Source: Camelus ferus (taxonomy: Eukaryota). Taken from it: 64,000 nucleotides of DNA. The notes under the pieces are model-generated. The model ran no database searches and was not told where the DNA came from. It worked only from the letters and a program-made list of their open reading frames with translations. The stretch is from positions 4,280,001-4,344,000 of the forward strand of contig NC_045698.1 of assembly GCF_009834535.1 (NCBI RefSeq). Reading direction: 5' to 3'. The translations under genes were made by a program, and so were the position numbers. Positions 24,401-36,960 of the stretch are shown here, one piece after another; position 1 is the first letter of the stretch, and every line of letters starts with the position of its first letter.

Positions 24401-27282
24401 TTGGAATAAACGAAACCACCCAGAGCACTTCGGCTGATCAGGACTAATGCCGCCCAAACCTGCAGGAAGGGATTATGCTGGGAAAATGACATGAAAGCTG
24501 GCTTCGCACCACCTGCATGATGGGGCCTAGGCAATCAACGGGATGGGCTCACCCAGCCCTCTGTGACCTGGACAGCCAGCCACTCTCTTAAATTACAAGG
24601 TGACAGCTCCCTGGAGAGCCATGGCAATAGTCTGCAGAACTCAAGTTTGGTTCTCATGTTTCCCTTTCCCTTCCAATTATGACCCACATAGAGAAGCTTA
24701 TGATGGAACGTGGGGACGTGCAAGACTAACACATTTACATTTATGTGGGCTTTTCACTGGGAGCTTGGAGAATCCGCCCAGGGGGCCCCGTAGCCCTCAG
24801 AAAGACTGCCAAGTGCTCCTCGCCTGCCCAGGTCCCCAGCTACACAACTCTGTGAGCCCAGCAAATGCCACTGCTTGCAGCGGGGGAGTCCTAGCCATAC
24901 TGTTTTCCTTCTGAATGTGTGACCTCTTGATTTATTCCCTCTGTATTTATTGAAAGAATAGCGCCATCTCCACATTCGCTCTAAATTATTCTGCCTGCAT
25001 CGAGGGGCTTTAATCCAGAGCTTCCTTCTGTTCTTTCTCCCAAGGTGCAAACAAAATAATTTTCTAAAAGAAATAATTTAGGAGGAAAGGAAAGTCCTGC
25101 ATAAATTTAAAAGCCATTTTTAATCAGTTTGTATTTTACTAGAAAGATCTCAAAGTTGCATTATGTTGGTTTCAGGGGTTGTGAGCAGCTGTTAACTCCC
25201 AAGTCCTAAGGGAGAAGGCAAATGCTTGCAAAGAACCAGTATCTCCATAGTTTGCTAAACTCAAGAGTTTATTCTGTGCCAGATTTCATATCTCCTCCTA
25301 ACAAGAGGGCAGTGGCCTGCCAGGTGCTGCAGGGAGCTCTGGAAGAAAGCTGGTTCATGAGAGAGAAAAGAACCATGAGAGTAGGGGAAATGAACCTCTC
25401 ATCCTTGGGGCTCTCCACCCACAGCCAAGGAGACATCTGGGCAAGAGGGTCGTCCCTGGAGCATCTTACGTGACTCCTTCGCACACCAGCACAGCCAGCA
25501 GTACACGATGGCTCGGAGGCAGGAGTAGGAGGCAGGTCGTGACAACTGTGCCTCGGGTGAGACTGCACATCCTTTCCAGACTCCAGTGTCTGAACTGAAG
25601 CTGGTTCCATTCCCTAATTTCCCCCCAAGACTCCTGTTTCATTTTCTATTTGACCAGTAAAGTTTGTCCAAGGAGACATTAGCTTCACTTTACTCCCAGA
25701 TGTTCTTTATTATCTAAGCAATGATATTTTTCTGTTCAGTTGATGCTAGCCATGGGATGGACACAGCGTTTCCATCAGTGCTGAAAAGCCTGGTTACGCC
25801 CAAAACCCTCAGCACATTTGGGCCAAGAATCATAATTGCCAAACACCAGATCAGACAACTCATGGTCAAGAAGAAGGTCCCAAGAATAAGCTGAATCTTG
25901 CTGTCTCTCCCGTGTCTCTTGGACACCGCGTCGTCAAATGTGGGCTGTGGTGGCTCTTGGAAGGAGCAGAAGTGGGAGGGGGCTGTCGAATGTTGCAGCA
26001 GTGGAAGAGGTGTCCTCGTTCTTTATTCTGAAGGTTCTTATTTGAGCCAAGCCTGAGATGGCAGTTTTCCCAGCTCCTGTGGAGTCCCGATAAACAAAAA
26101 TAAAATATTTAAACCTGGTATGTGTCTTCCTTTAGCTACCCAGAACCATGGGGCCATGTGGGACAGAGGGTGGCAGTGATGCAGGATGAGTGAGAGGAGT
26201 AAGAGGACAGGTGCACAAGGAGTCGGGAACACTGACTGTTGGGGGAGAGGCTTGGAAGATTAATATCTTACTGCCACTCCATTCTCACAGGAGACAGACT
26301 GCACCCCAGGTGATGGGAGAGTTCATGTTGGCCTGCCCACCTGCTGCTGGGGGCCACCCTGGTAGAGACGTCCCAAGGGTGGTCACTCCTTGCTGGATGA
26401 TTACAATGGCATGGCAACTCAATTTCTTCTAAAAAAATTCCGGAGTAATTTGCACTCGCTTTCCACTTCATCACACAGAAAGACAGCCTAGGTCAGCACA
26501 CATGTCTGTCTCTTCAGTGTGAGAGGCAGCTCACAGCCTGGAGTAAGCAGCCCAACCAGAGGACCACACTAACTCTGATTATTGGTGTCTGATGGTCGCC
26601 ACACTTTCTGCCTTCAGGATGGATCGATTCCAGTTGACTTGTGTGCGTGCCTTTGCTGACGGAGCTGATTTTATTAACTGACACATCCTTGGAAGGGTCC
26701 CAAGTAGGGGGAAGAGCGTCACACTATCGTGTCCCCTATTAAAACACACCATTTGCAGAAGAGGATGTCTGAAAACTTGCAGGTTCCAAGAGTGTTCCTT
26801 CAGTGTCTGTTCCTTCAGTTCCTTCAGTGTCTGGCGGTCCCCCTCCCTCCCTTTTGTTTTTCACAGCAGAGCGTTTTGCAGGTTCTCTCGTGCTTAGAGG
26901 GAAAAACATGGCCCACTTAACAAGCTGATTTCTTCCGTGGTTGTGCAATTTCTTTATAGTTTATGAACAATTTTTGTCCACAGGGACAAAAGCAAATATT
27001 GGTTACAATGTAATCAAATGGATAGAGCCAGGGTGGAAAAACAAATTCCTTTGAGTTCTTGTCACAGCTTCATCACAGACCTTGTGATTTTTTGCAATTT
27101 GTAGCCTGCAATGGCTAAAGGTCAAACTAATCTGCGGTAAGGAAAAAGAAATAGAAAGTTCAGAAACTGCGCTCTCAGCATTATTGTTCTCCCAAAATCC
27201 AGTTGTGGGAATAAGTGACCTCATCCCAGGTGCACAGTCCTCCCTTGCTGAATGAATGCTGAGTGATTTTAACCACGTACAG

Positions 27283-27606
27283 TGTGTAAGTCAGCTGGAA
27301 CTGCCATGACGGATACCACAGACAGGGCAGCGGAAACAACAGAAATGTATTTCTCACAGTCCTGGAGGCTGGAAGTCCAAGACCAGGGCGTCAGCATGGC
27401 CAGATGGGGCGAGGGCTCTCTTCTTGGCTTACAGACGGCCGCCTCCTTGCTGTGTGGAGAGAGAGCCCCTTCTCTTCCTGTCCTTACAAGGCCACCAATT
27501 TTACTGCATTAGGGCTTTGTCCTTATGACTTCAGTTAAACTTAATTACCTCCAAATATAGGGCTTCAACATAGGAATTTTGGGAGAACACAGTTCATTTC
27601 ATAGCA
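27283..27606 (-). mobile_element. MLT1A/B-like solo LTR
   Basis: aacaacagaaatgtatttctcacagtcctggaggctggaagtccaaga...agggcttcaacataggaattttggg...catagca. Confidence 0.85.
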
Positions 27607-29428
27607 TGTGGCCATTCTTTGTAAGGTCGTGTTCAGAGTGTTGAGCTCAGTCACTTAAAAGAAGTCATTATATATGCAGTGTCTATATGTATAAGCAGAT
27701 ATGGGCATAGACATCAATACAGATACAGATTGGATACAGAGATAGGTGAGAAAACATAACAAAATGGTCACGGTGATTCAGGGGAGAAAGTGATGGCCTG
27801 CAGAGCGTAGCCTGGCATCACTGCAGGTGTGGCAGAAGACGACACTGGGCAGACTCTCAGGGAATCAATAGGATTTTGAGAGGCCGGACTGAGGTGCAGG
27901 GGAAGGTGAGCGTCCAGGCTCTAGCCAAGGAGCCCAGGCAGATGGGGCTACACGTTAAGTATTCAAACAAGTCCAGAGACCAGGTAGGAAGGAGCAGGGT
28001 GCCTTTGAGTTCCAAGCTAAGAATTTTGAAAAGAATCACTGTGGATTAGAATTCAGGAGTTGTCACAATCCTGGGGTCGGGGAGCTGCATGTGGTCAGAG
28101 AGGGGGCTTCGAGATCATGGAGTCCCCAGAAGTGCAGAGAACGGGCTGGAGGGAGCTCCCTGAAGCTCCTCCCACAACCCCCATAAGAGAGAGGAGGCAG
28201 GGAAAGGCAACGATGGCACTGGCGAGCATTTTAATTAACGTATTTTTATGTTTGCACTCGTAACTGTTATGTTTCACACCAGGGTGCCCAATTCTGGGGG
28301 GAAAAACAAACGTTTTTCATGCACTAACACTGCTGATGCATTCCGAAATCCTTCTGAATTCATCAATGTGAAGACAGAGCAGCAAACAGAAAGATAACTG
28401 AGGTGTTTGAAGTTTTCCCTGCAATAAACACCAGAGGTAATTAAACGTTTAGGTCTGGCCAACCCAAGATATGGATTCTTGAACCAAGTACATAAATTGT
28501 TATGATTCCACACAAAGTAAGTATCACTTGCTGTACTAATGAAAATGGTTGGACGCACAGGGAGTTTTAAAAGCTACATGTAGCTATTATGATATACTAC
28601 AGCGTTCACATCAAAAGGAAAAAGAGTTTTATTTCTGTGATCACAGTGTTCCAAAAAGCCATGTTCTAGATGCTCTTAAATATTTCAAGATTCCCCATAA
28701 TAGAAGTGAAAGTGAATATAGATGTGTTTTCTCAGAACTTTTGGTATATATCAAAAGCTGTCATGAAGATGTAATTTCTACTGAAATTTCAGAAGCAAAC
28801 AAGGCAGGCAGAGAGCTGGAGCCCGTCCCCCAGTAACAGCAATGCACCATTCATCCTGCAGAGGAAGTGAAGCAGAGCACTGCTACCAGCATGCACTTCA
28901 TCAGTTTGGAGGGTGCGGGAATGATGGGCTGAGAGGAAATTGATTTTTTTGCTAAGTTGGAAAAAAACAAATTTCTAAGAAAAGGCATGGGCTCATTAAA
29001 GTGTTTACAGGGCTGGTGCAAAGGATTTAAGGAGAAACACTGAACTCTTAAAAAAAAAAAAAAACAACACAGTGGTCCTTGGTCTTGTTGACGCATCCCT
29101 GGGGAAATGAAGCACCACTCTGTTTCTGTTACTGATGACGATGCTGCAGTTGCAAAATAACCTCCCATCAGTAACAAGGACCAGTGATGTCCGTTGAGGC
29201 CACCCCTGGAAATACCGCAGGTGACACTGAAAAGAGGGACCTCCCTTAGATCACAGTGAGTAAACTTGTTTCTGCATGATAGGCAGTTCGGAAGAAGAAG
29301 AAGGGGAAAAAAGGTGTGTGTGAACCATTTCCTTTTTAATTTGAAAATGAAATTAGCTGTGGAAGGCATCCAATGAGGGTAGGACTGTATCCCCTTAAAA
29401 TTAGATTACCTCATCTATTGAATGGCAG

Positions 29429-29824
29429 TGTCAGCTTAAAAAAATGCACAGCCTGAAAGTTGAGAATGATGTTTTATTCGGGGCCTTACTGAGAACTATG
29501 GCCTGGGAACCAGCCTCTCAGATCGCTCTGAGGGACTGTTCCAAAGAGGTAAGGCAGAAGCCAGGATATATAGGAGTTTTTGCTGGAAAAAAACAAACAA
29601 ACAAAAAAATGTAGTTGAATATCAAAAGATTACTGCTAATCACAAAAACAAACATGTCAAGTTGAAGATTTCAGTGCTTTTCTATGTGTGGGAAGATGTA
29701 AATCTGGGTGTGTTGACATTGTTCCTTGGCTCTGCATCTTAACTGCCTAAGGCCAGTCTCCTGCTTTTGTCCATCCTGAATGGCTTTATGACTGCAACAT
29801 CCTTTGTTTACTGACATGGCCACA
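29429..29824 (-). mobile_element. ERV1-class solo LTR, MER41-like cetartiodactyl/camelid family
   Basis: TG...CA ends with a perfect 4-bp TSD GCAG (29425-28 and 29825-28). Minus-strand TATATA (29567-72) and AATAAA (29473-78) are in the expected order. The body (gttttattcgg...cagcctctcagatcgctctgagggactgttccaaagaggtaagg) resembles MER41-like LTRs. Confidence 0.8.
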
Positions 29825-31654
29825 GCAGAATATCAAAGAAGAAATTAAAATGGTCATTTAATCATGGAATGTAGACATCTGAGCACATTTGAGAAGTCCC
29901 AACCCACAGTCAACTTCTCCAGGCTAATCCCCATCACCTGGGCTCACTGGACTGCCGCCCCCGCCCACTCCCCCAGCCTCAGCCAGGACTGGGCCGGAAG
30001 CACCTGGAGCACCTCCCACAAGGTGAACCTCCGCGTACTAACCCACCCTGTCCTGTCCCCTGCGATTCCTGGGCTGCCAGCTCTCTGACACATTAGAGAG
30101 TCCATGAATGTGCTATCAATGGTCACGATTACTTTCAAACAGCACTGCGAGCGAGACTTTAAATCACCACGGCACCATCCTAGGAAAGGAAATTTGTCGG
30201 CGAACAAACAGTACATGTGCAATGGCGTTTCAGTGGAGCCCTGTGTTTCATTGTTCACACTCACTCCTCAGTGCAACTCCCAGCCCCCAGGACTGAGCCA
30301 TGGTCTCGGAGACAGCCTCCCTCTCACTTGACAAGTACCTGCAACTCCTGTGCTGACCGTGGGGCCATGTGCAGCATGGATATCGAATCTGTCTCCAGAA
30401 GGAAGAACCTGGAGGTCACAGGAAGAAGCACTTCAGCTCTTCAACAAAAAGACCTTCTCAGTTGGGAAGCCAACCTAGCTGGAGGCTGAATGATCATCTG
30501 TTAGGGATCGTTCTACGGAACTAGAAAGACTAAGTCCCTAGAGGGCCACCCCATGGGGTCTGCGTGGTCTCTAATGAACAGAGCAAAGAGATTGGACTCA
30601 CCTTGAGGAGCAGAAGCTCCCATGCCAGAACCCTGCGGGAGCAGACTCAGCAGACGTGAGAAGGAACAGAGCAGGCCCATCAGACGGGAGGTGGGAAAGA
30701 AGCAGAGGGGAGGAGACCCAGGGGAAGCCGGCCACGTCAGTGGAGGCCCTGGCAGGGCGTTTGGCCTCCTCCCCAGGGGTGAGAGCATCCCCACTGTGAA
30801 ACAGGCACCAAGCCCAGCACCACTGAGCCACTGAGCTCAGCCAGCTTCAGATCCCACTGCCGGGGGCAGACACTGTCCCCCTCTCACCAGCTTCAAACCA
30901 CCCATGCCCGGTGCCGGATTTGCCAGAGCTTTCCCTGTAAGTTGAATGAATCAGCCTGCTGGTTTTATATATCAGTCTTGCTAGTTTGGCTAATGTTAAT
31001 CTGCCTCTAAAGATAGAGCCATTCTCTGCAAGGCTGACCAAGCCACCTGCCTGATCCTAGGCGGTTTCTTGGGAGACTGAATCCCTGGCCGAAAGAAAGG
31101 TGGGTCAGCCAGGGCCCCACATGGCTGCAGGGACAAGGGCATGATGACTTCTCCTTGACAAGCCTACCATAGTGCTTTCTCAAGCATCAGAGGAGAAGAT
31201 ATATAATGAACAATTCCTTCACCCTCTAGATGATAACTGGACCAAGGTCAGGTCTCCCCACTAAGCTCCCACTTCCCACTTCCCACTGAAACACCCCCAA
31301 CCAAAATTGCTCAGAAAGCCCAGACCTCTGGAGATGCTGTTCTGAAGATCTAGTCAAAGAAATAAAGGCCCCAAGGTTGAACAAAAGCCCCCAACTTATT
31401 CCTGCAGGAACAGGGTTTTATCAAATGGCCAAATTCACAGCCTTGCTGTATCCCCGTAAGAGACAGATCTGAAATGATGACACACAGGGAGCATCACATT
31501 CTTCAGAGGCTGCAGGTCCAAGAGTTCTTCATCTGAGTGATTCAGACACTTTATTGGGGATGAGTATAGAAACCTGAGGTCATTAAAAAAGATGGGGATA
31601 AATAAAATGATGCTCTTTTCATTTAATAAGGCACATCGAGTGTCACCCAGAGTA

Positions 31655-31905
31655 TGGAGAAGTAGGCAAGCAGGTGGGAGTGTACAGTTTTTCCAGTTAT
31701 AAGGCCAACTCAGCAGCGTCTACTAAACTGTTAAAATCATGTGTCTTTGGACCCGGGCCTTGTACCTCTAGGAATCTGGGGAGACATTTTCGTGGTTTAC
31801 AAGGAAACAGATCACTTCAGCATTGTTTATCATGAGGAAAAACACAAACTGAAAACAACAAAACAGGCAATAACTAAATAAGCTTTGGAACCTCTGTATA
31901 ATGTG
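31655..31905 (+). mobile_element. Old L1ME-type fragment (ORF2 end/3' UTR)
   Basis: ggtgggagtgtaca...tttggacccgggccttgtacctctaggaatct...cagcattgtttatcat. Confidence 0.5.
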
Positions 31906-32633
31906 TAACCTTTGAAAGGGGTGAGTGCACTGGCAGGAGAAGCTACCCCAGGCTGTCGCTAAGTGACCGGGTGTGAGCTGCACAGACGGGGTCCCCAGCA
32001 CACGTACACGTGTGCAGCACACAGCGTTCAGGTTTGAGCCACTACCCACAGACGTGTCTCTGAGGAGTGGCCCTGCAGGGCACCATGGGACCCTGGGCGC
32101 ACTCCGGTCTGTGGGTACGTGGGCACCGGCATAGCCCCCCTTCACCAGGGCACGGCGAGGCTCACGTGACCTGACATACATGGAGTCTGTAAAGCAGCAC
32201 TCGCCCGTAGCAGGCGCAAAGCGAGTGATTGCAGTTCTGTTATTACTGTTGGAAAATCTTGTCCATGATTTTGAACTACTTTATAACAGGAAACAAGACA
32301 ATTTAAGAATCAACCATGCTTTCGCACTACCGAAGGTCCTCACCAGTTCAGAGTTACTTGGACCCGTGCAGCTGCCGAAAGACTAGGGCTGAGGCCCCCT
32401 TTAGCGCAAGACTCTCTCAGTCTGGAGCTGTGGACATTCTGCCGCTGACAGAGTACCCGTTCCGGCTCATCAGCTTCCTCCCCCCCAGAGACAACTGCAT
32501 GCAAACCAGGAAGGGAAATTCTGCCAAGCAAAAGGTTTCCATTCACCAGCTGCGCCTCTGTTTTCTGCCTGTCTGTCGAACAGGTAAGCCATGTGGAAAA
32601 GTTTGTGCAATCTTAAACTTCATAGTAGCACTG

Positions 32634-32830
32634 GCAATAATCATAATAATGATAGGGATGGAAATAATAATAATAATAATAGTAATAATAATAATAGTAA
32701 CAGCAGGTGCTATAAATTTGAGTAGCACTTCATAGCTTTCAAGAGTGTTTTCAAATGAATTCGCTGCTTCCTTCTACGCTTCAAATAACCCTGCAAATAC
32801 GTAGATAATCACTACTGTGGCCACATCTTT
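32634..32830 (-). repeat. (AAT)n microsatellite (32634-32700) followed by a MIR/MIR3-like fragment
   Basis: Imperfect aat repeats, then atttgagtagcacttcatagctttcaagagtgttttcaaat...aataaccctgcaa. Confidence 0.65.
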
Positions 32831-34092
32831 AAAAGTTTCTGTGATTTTAAATCAACATTTAAGGTGCAGGGAAATGGAAACTTTTTTTTTATCAGCACAC
32901 AGGAGGAGATTTACATGAGCCTCTTGCTGGCTCATCCCCGTAAGAACAGTCACCTTATGGTAAGGACTCCTGAGTGCAAGGATGGTGATCAGGCTTCCCA
33001 CCCCTTTTGTCCAAATCTGCTGCAGGACGCTAGGTAAACAACTTGGTAACAGTCAACAGTGAAAGGCTTTGTAGGCTCAGGGCTGCCAGGGAACAAGACA
33101 CCTTCCAAGGCTGTGTCACAATCTCATTTCTTTTCCTTCTCCCTGGAATTTTAATCAGTCTGAGCATCAGTTAATGATTCTTTCCTATCCATTTGATTAA
33201 AACACAAAGTCACTGAGGCAGTAGCAAATTGGATTTTTTTTCCCTTGGCCCTTAATGCACTGTGGTAATGAAATCCATGACTTCCAACCTCTGCTGGTGA
33301 TGAGCCGACATGTACAGTATGAAAGTCAGGAACGCTCATTTGTCTCCTTGCTGATTACCCTTCCCGAGGAAGGCCCTCTCAGAGCCAGGCATCTCTAGCA
33401 CAGAGCACCTGTGTGGGAGAACTGAAGATTGAACACCATTTCTTTTCAAGCATCTGCAGCTTTTATTACTTGGATGAAATCATATCCCACATACTAATTT
33501 AATAAATTCCTTTAAGCTTACACAGAATCCTTTCCTGGAAAAGGATGTGTTTATATCCCATTGGCCAGTGCACTGAAAGATTTCCATTTACAACCCAAGG
33601 GAGAAAGAGTAGTGAAGATTAAAAACAAGGCAAAGCCACTCCAATCCATGTCCTGATTAAGCTTTACAGATGCTGCTTATCACAAAACTGGGTTGTAAAA
33701 GGTAGCATCCAAGCCCTTGTCACTCAAATATATAAAGAAAGCAGCTCCCCACTGCCCTTGGTCAGCCTTTCCAGCGATGATCCCCTCTCGTTCTTCATCT
33801 CTTTGCCTCAGTCCCAAGATCACCAACTCTGGACAAAAACTGTCATGCCAGAGCTCAGCATTGGAACCGCTGTTGGGACTGGCTCAGAGCAGTTGCTTGC
33901 AGGTGGGCAGAAGAACCAGAAGCCCACCTTTCCTACCTCTCTTTTTCAAGGAGAAAATAAATCAGATGACAAAGAACTGGGGAGGAAAGAACTGTTGCAG
34001 TAACATATAGAAAACATACAGAAAATGTTTCAGCAACATATAGAAAATCCTCATTATAAGAAGGCAATATGAGCTCACATGCCTGAGTTTAT

Positions 34093-34200
34093 ATTTATTC
34101 ATTCAACAAAAATATAGTGTTTTCTTTATGTATCAGGCATTAAAGATGCATCTATACACAAAATTTTAAAAACCTGTGTTCCCATGGAGCTTTCCATGTA
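34093..34200 (-). mobile_element. L2 3' end fragment
   Basis: atttattcattcaacaaa...tatgtatcaggcat...cctgtgttcccatggagcttt. Confidence 0.55.
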
Positions 34201-34657
34201 ATATAAAACTATGTCCCATAATCTTAAAAATAACCAGCAGTTTTACTACACTTGTGTGGGAGTAGATCCTTTGGAAGGATAACCCACAACTTCCTCCCAG
34301 CCCGCGAAACTTCAGCACCACGTGGTGGACAGCTCCACACTGCGTGACAACAGCTCCCAGGCTAGGAGCGCTGGTCTCTCAGCACCCCAAAGTCGCAGAA
34401 GGCACTGAGCTACACCCAGACACGACTTGAAAGTGGGGAAATCAGTGTCCCAGGACAATCCCTGGGAGAAGGGAATCCGTGGATAAAATTCAAGCATCAC
34501 AGCCCTCCAGCAAAACAACTCCGAAACACGATTCCTAAGGTCTCGTCCAGCTTTTCTCGGTAGTAACCTGCACAGTAAGAAGAAGTTAACTGATGGTTCT
34601 CTTTTCACTGAAACACATTCTCACTCCCTCGCTTCTGTTTTTTATGAGATAGTCCCC

Positions 34658-35098
34658 TTTATTAGTTCTCCAGAGAAACTGATCCAATAGGGAGACAGAG
34701 AGAGAGACGATTTGTTACAAAAATAGGTTCATGTGATTATGGAGGCAGTGAAATCCCACAACCTGTAGTCAACAAGCTGGAGACCCAGGAAAGCCAGTGG
34801 TGTAGCTTCAGTCCAAGTCTGAAGACCTGAGAACGAGAAGAGCTGATGGTGTAGATTCCAGTCCCAGGGCAGGAGAAATTCAATGTCCAGCTCCAAAAGG
34901 CAGGCAGGTGAATTTCCCTCTTACTGAACCATTTTGTGCTATTCAGCCTTCAAGAGCTTGGGTGAGGATCACTCACATTAACGAGGGCAATCTGCTTTAC
35001 TCAGTCGACCTATTCACATGTTAATCACATCCAAAAACAACCTCACAGACACATTCAGAATAATGTTTGACCAAATGTCTTGGCACCTCACAGTCAAG
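34658..35098 (-). mobile_element. MLT2B-like (ERVL) LTR
   Basis: gttctccagagaaac...aagctggagacccaggaaagcc...gagggcaatctgctttactcagtc...cagaataatgtttgaccaaat. Confidence 0.88.
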
Positions 35099-35195
35099 GG
35101 AATGGTAGAGAATCATATTTAAAGCACAGTGCACGTGGCCTTAAGTTTCCATACTCGATTTTAGGGAAAAAATGTAATTAATTCAAATGACAACA

Positions 35196-35390
35196 TTATA
35201 TAGTGCAGAAATCTGGTGAATATCAGCTAAGCCAAATAATCAATGTTAACATTGTCAGCGATGGAACAAACTCCCAAGCCTTCCTGGTCTGATGCGCTGA
35301 GGGTGCAGGGGCAGCTCTGCAGAATTCCTGCCAAAAATGCATGGCCTGAGTCTAATCCTGATGAAACGCCACGAAAACCAAACTTGTGAA
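35196..35390 (+). mobile_element. L1MC4/5-like 3' UTR fragment
   Basis: tagtgcagaaatctgg...taagccaaataatcaatgttaacatt...attcctgccaaaaatgcatggcctgagtctaatc. Confidence 0.7.
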
Positions 35391-36764
35391 TTGTCTCTCC
35401 ACGATTCTTTGCCCATTTATCTTTTAGATTGCTTTTGTTTTACTAAACAGAATGCTTCCTGAATGTGTATTAAAGTTCTTTTCTATTTTGTACATGGTGA
35501 AAAAAAATTAAAAATATAATTAATTCAAATGACAACAGTGAATAGTTACATGTCAACAGATAGAATTATAGGGAAAAACTTATATTAGTAATGGTAAGGC
35601 TGAATTAATAGTAGTTTATCATTAAAGTCAAGAAGAACAGCCAGTGAAAATGAGAAAGTCAAGAGCTGTGAAAGAACGTAGCATCTGCCTTTCATGTTTT
35701 ATCTGCAGTAGGAAATTGGCCATGGTGCCCAGTTTTGTAGATGAGCCAGACTTCTCAGGATAACCTGAATAAATCCTCAGTAAACTTGGTTGAAGTATCA
35801 ATGTTTAGTCAAAATCTGCTATTTGACTCACGTTTGGCCTTTAGAATGGAAATCAGCCAAATGCCTGCATCCACGTCATTGATGGCCCCCTAATTGTGAC
35901 TGCTCGACAGTCACGTGATTCATAGGCTGCCCTCATGTCCAGTCAGCATAAGATTGCCAGCACTTTGGACAAATCAGTTCACTTGGGTTTATTGTCCACG
36001 TCTAAACATTGACTTTCAAAATTATGTATTAAAGATATAAGTTGGAGTGAAAATCCTCTAATTTTTTTATATGTTAACATTTGTCTATCAGCTGAAGTAT
36101 AAATTTACATTTACTATCACAAAATATAATGCTGGCAATATCACCTTCAGTGGCTGGACCACCAAACCACCTTCACCTCAGTGGCCGTGGTCTCAGCACC
36201 TCATGCTGGTCACACATATGCTCTAACTTCATCAGCAGAAATTAAGCAAATATTTTCCATCACAAATGTACACAGTAGGATGACCATAAAAGCAATCTAT
36301 CAAACTTAGAATCTGACCACCAGAAAATAATGATCACTTTTTAAAATAAAATTTAGATTTATTCTTATGTCCTAGACATTTATTCTGTAATGGCAATACT
36401 CAGCTGATGGTTGAGTTTCATCTCTAGGTGTGTTGTAGTTTGGTGTATCTCTGGTTTAAAAATCTGATTTTATTGGCCCTTAGTAACTTCATAGGGTACT
36501 GGTAAGTAGGCCTTAATCGAATGTTAAAAGTCTACCAAATGACTTTCCTTTCATCAAAAACAATGTGTTGTCTGAGGCTGGGTGTATAGCTCATGAGGTA
36601 TCTTACAGATCTCTCCTACACCCCGACCAGACACTGAGCATTACTGCCTTCCAGACCAGCCCAGGCAACGCAACACTCACCTGCCCTTTGCTTTAAGGCT
36701 GCTCTTTCTTCTAGAGGATGTTCAAGTAGTGAATACATGTTTGTGCCCACTATAGAGAAATGGC

Positions 36765-36960
36765 TGGATTGCCCCTCAGTGGACATTCGGCAAAGTCTGG
36801 AGACATCTTTGCTGTTCATCACTGGGGTGGGGATGCCAACAGCGTCTGGTGAGTTGAGGCCATGGATGCTGCCAAACACCCTACAATGCAGAGGAAAGCC
36901 CCCAACAACAAAGAATTTTCAGCCCAATGTGTCCCTGGTTCCTAGGCTGAGAAACGCTCT
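36765..36960. mobile_element. MER20 (hAT-Charlie) DNA transposon
   Basis: ggacattcggcaaagtctggagacatc...gaggccatggatgctgccaaacaccctacaatgcagagga...acaacaaagaatt...ggctgagaaac. Confidence 0.85.
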
